DNA of 64,000 nucleotides from an uncultured Pseudanabaenaceae cyanobacterium. GTDB taxonomy: Bacteria; Cyanobacteriota; Cyanobacteriia; PCC-9006; JAAUQQ01. The position numbers were made by a program, and so were the translations under genes. Positions 6,299 through 14,247 of the stretch are shown one piece after another. Position 1 is the first letter of the stretch. Every line of letters begins with the position of its first letter. Where the stretch lies: contig CALLAT010000079.1 of NCBI GenBank assembly GCA_938002085.1, positions 945 through 64,944 of the forward strand, given 5' to 3'. The notes beneath the pieces are model-generated. The model was not told the DNA's origin. It saw nothing but the letters and a program-made list of their open reading frames with translations, and made no database searches.

Positions 6299-8139
6299 GA
6301 AGCTCCATCCTCGAAAAAATTCTCTCCGCCCTCAAAATCCTGTCCCTGGAATGGACCCATCAGGAACACTTGACCCTGATTGGCAGCCCACCGCCCTGGG
6401 CCAGCCAGGAGTTTGATTGCATTGACCCATCCACACAATGCTTCGAAGCGGCAGAGTTTTCTCCCTTTCTAGAAAATTTTCTGTTTGATGCCCAAGAGTT
6501 CTGGCAGACAGACTCCAATGAATTTCTGCGCTCCGGCTTTTGGAGCGAAACCTTGGCATCGGGAGAGGAGATTAGTCTAGAAGCTGTGGCTCTCCATTTA
6601 GAAGGCCGCAAGATTATCCTGGTGGAATCCTCCGAAGCCAGCTACTCAGAGTCTTTCAAATGGCTCCAAACCGCTCGCCAGGAGCGCCTCAACTTCATCT
6701 CAGAGCGCAAGATCGCCACCACTCAACTGCTCAGCGCCACGTTTTACGATGCCCTCACAGGTCTACCCAATCAAGTCTTCTTTTCATCCCAGCTCAATCA
6801 AACCTTCGAGCACAATTCTCACACTACAAACCCACGGCAGGATTACAGCCCACCGCAACGTAAAGCCGATGCTGAGGTCAAAACTTTTGCGGTAGTGATG
6901 CTCAATATTGACCGTTTCACTACGCTCAACGATAGCCTGGGCCGAGAAATGGGCGATCGCCTCCTGATCGCCTTTGCCGAACGACTCCAAAGTAGCCTGC
7001 GCAAGCAGGACACTCCCGTTCGCTTTGGCTCCGACGAATTTGGCATTTTGCTTCGAGACATTACCAGCGCCAGCGAGCTAACGGCCACCGTCCAGCGCAT
7101 CACCGAAACCCTCAACCAACCCTTTAGCCTCAATCACCAAGAGCACCATATCTCCACCTCCGTAGGCGTCGCTCCGCACGGCAAAAACTACCACCATCCT
7201 CGGGATCTACTGCGCGATGCCAGCATTGCCCTTCACCAAGCCAAAGCCCTAGGACGCGGTCGCTACTTAGTCTTCGACCGAGCCATGCAGGCCAGGGCAT
7301 TAGAACTCTGGAGCCTAGAAAGCGACCTGCGCCGAGCCTTAAAACAGAATGAGCTCCAGGTGTTTTACCAACCCCTTGTGAACCTCAAAACCCACCGAGT
7401 AGATAGCTTTGAAGCCTTAGTCCGCTGGCAACACCCCAGCAAAGGCTGGATTGCCCCAGGGGAATTTGTCCCCATGGCTGAGGAAACAGGTCTCATCTTG
7501 GAGCTGGATGCCTGGGTACTCCAGCAAGCCTGCCAAGTCATCACCGCCTGGCAGAAAATGACGACAACTCCCATGACCGTCAACGTCAATCTATCGTCTC
7601 GCCATTTCAGCGAAACCAATCTGCTGGACAACGTGAAGCGCATCCTTCAAGCCAGCGAAACCCAAGCCCATAACCTCAAACTAGAGATTACCGAGAGCTT
7701 CCTGCTCGGCGATACCCAAGTGGCCACCCAAACCCTCAATCAACTGCGCAGCCTAGGCGTCAAGCTCAGCATTGATGACTTTGGCACCGGCTACGCCTCC
7801 TTGGGGTATCTCCAGGATTTACCCGTGGACAACCTCAAGATTGACGGCTATTTCATCGATACCATGGCCGAAAACAACGCCGAGATCGTCAACACCATCA
7901 TTACGCTGTCCCACAACCTGGGCATTGATGTCACCGCTGAGCGAGTCGAAACCTTAGCGCAATATCAGGAACTTCAGCGCCTGGGCTGCGATTACGCCCA
8001 GGGATTTCTCATTGCCCGGCCTCTCGCAGCGACCGAAGCAGCCAAGTTCATTAATCAAACCTTTGAGCATTTCCTGGCAGCTCCCAAGGCGCAGCCGAGC
8101 CAAGACTCTGCTCCCCCCAAGCTACCCACTGCCGCCTAG
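6295..8139 (+). CDS. GGDEF-EAL protein (c-di-GMP turnover) with an N-terminal sensory domain
   Basis: GGDEF domain features: YDALTGLPNQ and RKQDTPVRFGSDEFGILL. EAL domain features: FEALVRW, LEITES, DDFGTGYASLGYL, LKIDGYFI, YAQGF. It overlaps the upstream gene through an ATGA junction. Confidence 0.9.
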   Translation: MRSSILEKILSALKILSLEWTHQEHLTLIGSPPPWASQEFDCIDPSTQCFEAAEFSPFLENFLFDAQEFWQTDSNEFLRSGFWSETLASGEEISLEAVALHLEGRKIILVESSEASYSESFKWLQTARQERLNFISERKIATTQLLSATFYDALTGLPNQVFFSSQLNQTFEHNSHTTNPRQDYSPPQRKADAEVKTFAVVMLNIDRFTTLNDSLGREMGDRLLIAFAERLQSSLRKQDTPVRFGSDEFGILLRDITSASELTATVQRITETLNQPFSLNHQEHHISTSVGVAPHGKNYHHPRDLLRDASIALHQAKALGRGRYLVFDRAMQARALELWSLESDLRRALKQNELQVFYQPLVNLKTHRVDSFEALVRWQHPSKGWIAPGEFVPMAEETGLILELDAWVLQQACQVITAWQKMTTTPMTVNVNLSSRHFSETNLLDNVKRILQASETQAHNLKLEITESFLLGDTQVATQTLNQLRSLGVKLSIDDFGTGYASLGYLQDLPVDNLKIDGYFIDTMAENNAEIVNTIITLSHNLGIDVTAERVETLAQYQELQRLGCDYAQGFLIARPLAATEAAKFINQTFEHFLAAPKAQPSQDSAPPKLPTAA

Positions 8140-8355
8140 AGCTGTATAGCTCGGCGATTCATCCACCAGGGGTCTCACCCCCGATGGCCCTGCACCCCCC
8201 AAAAGGGGAAGAAATTACTGAGCGTTGCCTCTGAGGGTGGGGAAATCTAATGGAACCATGACCGCGTACCGAACTCCGGGCCCCTGTCTCCTTGAGACAG
8301 TCCAGCACCAAGCTCGAGCGCGGTTAGGGGACTTCCTTCCCTTCCATCAGGGGCA

Positions 8356-8913
8356 ATGATTATGCATCCGCCAATTCATACGCCGGCCCAAGAGCCTTGT
8401 GCGATCGTTCCGGTCCAGCCGGCCCATCTCACGGCCCCAACCGCCGCCCAGCCCCAATCGTTACCATCCGACCACCGCTACGGCCAACTGCACCAGCAAA
8501 CGCTCCAGCAAGGCCACAGCCTGTCGGCGAGTATTCACCAGCACACTCCCATTCTGGAGGCTGTGGGTGACCAGAGCATCCGTAGCTGGTACAACTGTCG
8601 GGAAGCTGCCAGCCTCACTCGCCAACAGGCCTTTGCAGCTGTAGATCGAGCCACAACGGTAGATCAAGAAATTGCTCAGCTCAATCGCAATATTCAGCTG
8701 CAGCTGCAGCAGTTTGACGCGCAACTCAAAACCTCTGGCCAGACCCTACGCCAGGAGGTGGCGCACAAGGTGGCGCAATACCACCGCCATGTGCAGCAGC
8801 AATCCAATCGCTGCCGCAATCGCTTGAACCTGGATGAGCATAATCAACCGGCCTGGACCTCAGCCCATCGCAACCAGGCCCAGCGACTGTTTCAATCCAC
8901 AACGCTGCATTAA
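8356..8913 (+). CDS. hypothetical Gln-rich protein
   Basis: A 185-aa ORF with an ATG start, a Q/H-rich sequence and a coiled-coil-like C-terminal half. I recognised no family. Confidence 0.4.
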   Translation: MIMHPPIHTPAQEPCAIVPVQPAHLTAPTAAQPQSLPSDHRYGQLHQQTLQQGHSLSASIHQHTPILEAVGDQSIRSWYNCREAASLTRQQAFAAVDRATTVDQEIAQLNRNIQLQLQQFDAQLKTSGQTLRQEVAHKVAQYHRHVQQQSNRCRNRLNLDEHNQPAWTSAHRNQAQRLFQSTTLH

Positions 8914-8924
8914 GTCAGCATCAG

Positions 8925-8964
8925 AAGGCTAGGTCTGGCTAGGTTTATAGCTTGGCCTAGCCTT
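8925..8964. terminator. hairpin between convergent genes (possible bidirectional terminator)
   Basis: A 9-bp stem AAGGCTAGG (8925-8933) / CCTAGCCTT (8956-8964) with a 22-nt loop. It sits between the convergent genes 8356-8913 (+) and 8957-10027 (-). There is no strong U tract. Confidence 0.35.
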
Positions 8965-10027
8965 CCTGTGATTCGTCAGAGGTCTTGCTTTGAGCTTCGG
9001 TAGGCAGCTTGCTTCGCAATCGCAATTTCAACAGCCCCCAGCCTCCTAAGGCCAGCACCACAGGCAGCGACAACCATTCTCCTGGCAAGCCCTGGGTGGT
9101 ACTAGCACTCATCTCAGGTTGATCCAGATAGCTCTCCTGGGCCTGCACCAACCTGGGCTCACCCATTACCACCTGATCGATATAGGCCCCATAGGCCGAA
9201 ACCCGAGTATCAAAAAAGTACTCACCAAAGCTCGTGTCATTCTCAAGCGTGACATCGATCCCCTCAACCTCTGGACTACTGCCACTGGACGAGAGGCCAG
9301 CCACTTTGCCATCAATAAAGGCTGGGCCACCGGAGTCACCCCCGCTAGAGCCAATCTCCTGGGCACCTAAGCCCAAATCGAGGAGGCCATATTCAATCCC
9401 CAAGGCATCATTTTGAGACCGCCCGCTATCGTAGTCGTACATCAATTGCTTGCCGGGCTGAATATAACTTTCGGGCTCGCCTTCTTCTTCGTTATACAAC
9501 TCACCTAAGGCTTCATAGCGGTTCTGCCCAGCACGCAGAACCATGGATTCATCCTCACTAAATTCCCCTTGCGCCCCCGTTGCCATCACGCCGTAGCCCA
9601 AACGGGTAAAGACTTGACCCACCTCATCGAACTCGCGGTACAGCTCATAGCGAGGTACCTCACGAGGCAAAACCTCCGCGAGATGAATGATGGCCAGATC
9701 ACCATTGAACCCATCTTGATCATCCCAATCGGGATGGATATCAATGTGGACTGGCTCCAGCGTCAATTCTGCCTGGGGCAACCGAAAGACCACGGTGACG
9801 GAATTTGGCTCTGGCTCCAGGGTTGGCTCACCATCCTGGGAATAGTCTTCAAAGCAGTGGGCAGCGGTCAAAATATGTTGACCACTGGTGAGCAAGGTCC
9901 CCGTACAGTTATCTCCGCCAGGCAAGAGAATTAAAGCCACACCGTCATAGCCCTGCCCTGGCAAGACCTCGTATGACGGATCACGAGGATTCGCAACAGG
10001 AACGGAAATGCCTAGGGGGAAAGTCAT
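8957..10027 (-). CDS. trypsin-like (S1 family) serine protease with a C-terminal membrane anchor
   Basis: The catalytic His motif LTAAHC, the catalytic Ser motif GGDSGGP and an Asp context (FNGDLAIIHL) are present. A hydrophobic C-terminal segment LSLPVVLALGGWGLL is followed by KLRLRSK. Confidence 0.85.
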   Translation of the reverse strand: MTFPLGISVPVANPRDPSYEVLPGQGYDGVALILLPGGDNCTGTLLTSGQHILTAAHCFEDYSQDGEPTLEPEPNSVTVVFRLPQAELTLEPVHIDIHPDWDDQDGFNGDLAIIHLAEVLPREVPRYELYREFDEVGQVFTRLGYGVMATGAQGEFSEDESMVLRAGQNRYEALGELYNEEEGEPESYIQPGKQLMYDYDSGRSQNDALGIEYGLLDLGLGAQEIGSSGGDSGGPAFIDGKVAGLSSSGSSPEVEGIDVTLENDTSFGEYFFDTRVSAYGAYIDQVVMGEPRLVQAQESYLDQPEMSASTTQGLPGEWLSLPVVLALGGWGLLKLRLRSKLPTEAQSKTSDESQEG

Positions 10028-10203
10028 TGGGAACAGGGCTTTGCAAGCTCAGAAGTCTCAGCCATGGGCTCAAACATATCGCTTCTTGCTACAAGACCCA
10101 CTAGATCGCGACGGAAATAGGCCAAATGGAGCAGCCCATTCGCCTATTTAGTCAGAGATCTCGAAGTCTCGAAGCAAAACTGAGGCATTGCGATGCAATC
10201 AAC

Positions 10204-10809
10204 CTACAAATTGCTGCTGTAACGTTCCTCAGCGAAGGGCTCCCCTCGCATGTGATAGCCATTCTTCTCCCAGAAGCCAGGTTGATCCTCAGCCAGGAAT
10301 TCCAGCGCTTGCAGCCATTTCCCGCTCTTCCAAGCATAAAGATGGGGCACAACTAAACGCAGCGGTCCACCATGCTCCGCAGTCAAAGGCTCACCGTAGA
10401 CGGTATGGGCAAGGAAGTTTTCAGGTCGAAGGAAGTCTTCCAGCAGCAGGTTGGTGGTGTAGCCACCGTAGCAATGCTGCATCACGGCAGTCGCTTCGGG
10501 CTGAAGCTCCACCTGGGCTATGAGATCCGTCACGCGCACCCCTCGCCAGGGCATATCCAGTTTGGACCAACGCGTCACGCAGTGAAAATCGATGTCAAAG
10601 TCCACCTGGGGTAGGGCCATGAGGTCATTCCAGGTGAAGGTTTTGGGCTGGGCCAGTCCCAGGATGTGCAGCTGCCATTGCTCCTGGGTGATGTGCTCAG
10701 TCTCTCCATAGGTCAACACCGGAAAGCCCTTCGCGAGGTTTTGGCCGGGGGGGACACGCGCCTTGAGGCTGTCGTCAGGCTTGCTGAAGTGCTTATAGTT
10801 CGGAGCCAT
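10204..10809 (-). CDS. sulfite-oxidase-family molybdopterin-binding oxidoreductase (small, single domain)
   Basis: The motif FHCVTRWSKLDMPWRGV and the overall ~200-aa length are typical of the oxidoreductase molybdopterin-binding domain. The ORF track starts at a TTG (10839), so I prefer the ATG at 10809 (MAPNYKHF...). Confidence 0.8.
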   Translation of the reverse strand: MAPNYKHFSKPDDSLKARVPPGQNLAKGFPVLTYGETEHITQEQWQLHILGLAQPKTFTWNDLMALPQVDFDIDFHCVTRWSKLDMPWRGVRVTDLIAQVELQPEATAVMQHCYGGYTTNLLLEDFLRPENFLAHTVYGEPLTAEHGGPLRLVVPHLYAWKSGKWLQALEFLAEDQPGFWEKNGYHMRGEPFAEERYSSNL

Positions 10810-11111
10810 GGGACTGAAGAATGGAAGGGTCGAAGGCAACGCTGTCTCTTGTCAGCGATTCCCTCAAGTTTATCGAATGGATTGATGGGCCTCCAGGAAA
10901 ATGCAGGCAAACGCATTGGGCCACGTTACAGCTTTGCGATGTTTAATTTGAATCAAGTTTCTCGGGTTCAGATTTTGCTATAACACAGTTATAAGACTGG
11001 TTTTAGCCGCCATGGGGCTCAAGTCCCTCACGACGGTTGAAACCTCAGGTCGCTATACTGCTTTCCTGCTGCTTAGTCTTCCAACTTCCTCCTCGATCAC
11101 CCACACCATTT

Positions 11112-13010
11112 ATGGGTCTTGCTGCTCCCCAGAGCCTAACCAGTCATGCGGCCCAGAGTCGACTAGAGCGTTTTTTGGGGCCGTTTAAGTCGCGGCTCTC
11201 CCAGCGCATTGTGCTGTCGGTCTTTACGAGCATTGTGGCGATCGAGACGATTATCCTTATTCCCTCTGTCTTTCGCCGGGAGGGGGAATTACTGGCCCAA
11301 TTATCTGAAATCTCCACAGCAACCCTGGTGGGAGCCATCGGCGAAGCCGATATGTCGATGGAAGAGATAGACCCGGCGGACCTACTGAGCTGGTTGAGCC
11401 GAGCCAAAGCGGTGGAAGCTGTGATAGGTGGGACGCTTTACACCATTGATGGCCAGCTCATTGGCAGTTTTGGAGATAAACCTCAGTTCAGCTATGCCCA
11501 AGCCACCAGCGGTTCTCCCAGCCTTGGCATTCGACAGTTCCTTGGGAGTTATCCCCAGGGAAAACGGTCTCGACTCTACCGAGCGAGCCAGCATTACGAT
11601 GCCGTTTGGGAAATGTCTCCCTTTGAAGATCAATATCTACTGATTGTTCGTCATGATTCCAGTGGCGTACGCGCTGAGCTAGTTTCCTTTGTTTGGCGCA
11701 TCTTTGGGCTGGTGATGCTCATTTCTGCGGTGGTGACCCTGGCCACCATGGTGGTGCTGCGCTCTATTTTGATTAAGCCTGTTTTGGCCCTGCGGAGTGA
11801 TTTGCTCAAGGCGGCTCCCGCTGCATTGCAAGAGGAAGGCGCGATCGCCCCACAATTCCTATCCCGTCGCTATAACCGAGGCGATGAATTAGGAGAGGTG
11901 ATCATAGCTTTTGGGGAGATGTTCGAGCGCATCTCCGGGACAATCGCCCAGCGTCGCCAGGCCGAGGGAGAACTGCGAGAAAGTGAGACTCGATTTCGCA
12001 CATTAGTTGAGCAAGCAACTGAAGCCATTTTTGTGGTCAATAGCCAGGGGCAAATTGTTGATTCCAATCAGTTTGCCAGAAATTATCTGGGCTACAGCAA
12101 GGAAGAGCTCAGCAATTTATGCCTATGGGACATCAACCAGAGGTTCGGCACCGATGAATTCCAACAGCTTTGGGCAAAGGTCCTCACCGGAGAACCCATC
12201 ACTGTAGAAAGCTGTCACCGTCGCAAGGATGGTTCTATTTTCCCAGTGGAGGTACGCATTGGCATGTTTGAGGCCGAGGGCGAGAAGCGCATGCTGGGCT
12301 TGGCAAGGGACATCAGCGCTCGCAAGGAGGCCGAGAAAGCCCAGGCGAGATTGGCGGAGATTGGTGAGCTGGCAGCCATGATTGTCCATGAGGTGCGTAA
12401 TCCTTTGGCCACGGTGTACATGGCCCTGACTGGCTTTAAGCGCATGGAACTGCCTCCGGCGGGGGAGCTGCGGCTGGAGATGGCTATGGAGGAGTCGGAG
12501 CGGTTGCAGCGGTTGCTGAATGAGATTTTGGCTTATTCGCGGGACCAGAAGCTGGCGGGTGAGGAGATTGAAGTGGGGGCTTTGGTGGCGGAGTTGCGGG
12601 AGTCGTTGCAGGGGTTGCCCATGGCGGCGGGGCGAGAAATTGTGGTTGCAACTGAGGGTGGGCAGTTGAGTGTGACGGGCGATCGCGACAAGCTCAAGCA
12701 AGTGTTCATTAACCTAGTCACCAATGCCTGCGAGGCCATTCCTGAGGGGGAAGTGGTGACCTGGAAACTTGAGCCCCAGCCAGACAATTGGATTAAGGTA
12801 CAGGTTCACAATGGCGGTGAGCCGATTCCGCCGGAGGTGTTGCCGAAGTTGACGCAGCCGTTTGTTTCGACGAAGTCTGGGGGCAATGGCCTGGGCCTAG
12901 CGATTACGAAGCGGATTGTGGAAGCCCATGGGGGGACGATGGCGATTGAATCAGATGCAGAACAGGGGACAAGAGTGACTGTTGTCTTGCCACAAGTTCA
13001 GACTTCATAG
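11112..13010 (+). CDS. membrane sensor histidine kinase (2 TM, PAS, HisKA, HATPase)
   Basis: H-box HEVRNPLATV, N/G boxes (NLVTNACEA, GGNGLGLAITKRIVEAHGG), a PAS-like segment (FRTLVEQATEAIFVVNSQGQIVDSN...) and two hydrophobic helices flanking a ~150-aa loop. The track start at 11037 is a TTG, and the first ATG is at 11112. Confidence 0.9.
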   Translation: MGLAAPQSLTSHAAQSRLERFLGPFKSRLSQRIVLSVFTSIVAIETIILIPSVFRREGELLAQLSEISTATLVGAIGEADMSMEEIDPADLLSWLSRAKAVEAVIGGTLYTIDGQLIGSFGDKPQFSYAQATSGSPSLGIRQFLGSYPQGKRSRLYRASQHYDAVWEMSPFEDQYLLIVRHDSSGVRAELVSFVWRIFGLVMLISAVVTLATMVVLRSILIKPVLALRSDLLKAAPAALQEEGAIAPQFLSRRYNRGDELGEVIIAFGEMFERISGTIAQRRQAEGELRESETRFRTLVEQATEAIFVVNSQGQIVDSNQFARNYLGYSKEELSNLCLWDINQRFGTDEFQQLWAKVLTGEPITVESCHRRKDGSIFPVEVRIGMFEAEGEKRMLGLARDISARKEAEKAQARLAEIGELAAMIVHEVRNPLATVYMALTGFKRMELPPAGELRLEMAMEESERLQRLLNEILAYSRDQKLAGEEIEVGALVAELRESLQGLPMAAGREIVVATEGGQLSVTGDRDKLKQVFINLVTNACEAIPEGEVVTWKLEPQPDNWIKVQVHNGGEPIPPEVLPKLTQPFVSTKSGGNGLGLAITKRIVEAHGGTMAIESDAEQGTRVTVVLPQVQTS

Positions 13011-13066
13011 ACTGAGTTCCTGAGTACAACTAAAAAGCAAACAAAATCGAAAGAACAAAGGCAAAG

Positions 13067-13279
13067 ATGCAATCTATCAATAAATACTGCCCTCGCTCCG
13101 GTAAGCCTGTTGAGAGCGATTCCCTTACCCAATATCGCGGCCTCACCGTCGGCTTCTGCAATACGGGTTGTCGCGATGACTTTGCTGAGAATGTGGAGGA
13201 GCGGCCTCGCGATCGCCAATACTTCGACACGCTCATCAAAGAGAACGACCTAGAAGCCGCGCCTAAAATCACCCCATAA
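13067..13279 (+). CDS. small Cys-motif protein (YHS/TRASH-like metal-binding fold?)
   Basis: The 70-aa sequence CPRSGKPV...x22...FCNTGCRDDF resembles YHS/TRASH-type motifs (CPxxGxxV ... FCSxxC). It has an ATG start. Confidence 0.45.
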   Translation: MQSINKYCPRSGKPVESDSLTQYRGLTVGFCNTGCRDDFAENVEERPRDRQYFDTLIKENDLEAAPKITP

Positions 13280-13413
13280 TCCTCAACCACCAACGTCCAA
13301 TCCCAGGCCTCAGTGAGGGAACCCTAAAAGCAACTCCACGACCTCAACCCCCTTGGACTTTCTCCCCCTAGGCTTGATCCACTGGAGTATCTTCAGCCCA
13401 GGGCATTGGCACC

Positions 13414-14229
13414 ATGACCATCACCGACAAGCAACGAGAACAACTCTGCTGGATTGTCTCGATAGTCCTCATCTGCTCTAGTCCACTCTTGAGCCAGCTC
13501 GCTTTTAATCATTACTCCCAATTTAGATTTAACCCCTTCTATCTACTGGTATATCCCCTCGTCATGGCAGGCATATTAGCCTTTGAACTCCTGCTAAGCC
13601 TCGGATCTCCCCATCGGAAGTTTTGGGTCAAAGAGCCAAGCAGCACCGTAGAACAACGCATTGCTAATTCGCAAACCTGGACAACGCAACTAATGGAACG
13701 GCTCAGTCAAGCCGACTTCCAGGTGGAACAAACAGGCCCAGACCAATGGGAAATTAGCAAAGCCCAAGCCTCCGCTGTCCATGCCTATCAAGACCATGGC
13801 TTTGAGGGCAAGATCTCCATCCTGACAAGTTCTATTGTCACAGCCCAAGTTTCTCTCACGATGAAAGATACATTAATCCTGGATTCGGGTGAGCTAGACA
13901 ATCTCAATCACTTCGCCCATTACCTTGCTGGCTCTTCATCACCACGCAGCACCACCAATTTCCCGTTTACCCTCTACACAGCCGTTGTATTGTCCGTTCT
14001 ATCTCACGGGCTCGGCTATCTCGAACACCTCGCACAGCTTAGCTTTAGGCTGCCAACCTACGAGCTGGGCTTTCTGGGAGCTGGCTCCGCGATTTGGATG
14101 GCTGCTATCATCTGGCAGAAACGCAAAGAGCTGACTGGGCTCCGTGTTGCGATCGCAACCGGAGTCGCCGGAGCAATTCCCTTTTGCGCCTTACTCTTCA
14201 ACTCAGTCGTGCAATTAGCATTTTCATAG
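13414..14229 (+). CDS. hypothetical integral membrane protein
   Basis: A 271-aa ORF with several hydrophobic helices at both ends and a soluble middle. I recognised no family. Confidence 0.55.
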   Translation: MTITDKQREQLCWIVSIVLICSSPLLSQLAFNHYSQFRFNPFYLLVYPLVMAGILAFELLLSLGSPHRKFWVKEPSSTVEQRIANSQTWTTQLMERLSQADFQVEQTGPDQWEISKAQASAVHAYQDHGFEGKISILTSSIVTAQVSLTMKDTLILDSGELDNLNHFAHYLAGSSSPRSTTNFPFTLYTAVVLSVLSHGLGYLEHLAQLSFRLPTYELGFLGAGSAIWMAAIIWQKRKELTGLRVAIATGVAGAIPFCALLFNSVVQLAFS

Positions 14230-14247
14230 AGCCCCAGACAAATCAGC

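Noticed and set aside
12123-12701. A 192-aa minus-strand ORF antisense to the histidine kinase.
   Set aside because: It overlaps the HisKA/HATPase coding region on the opposite strand. The sequence is Q/L/R/H-rich nonsense-like with no motifs.
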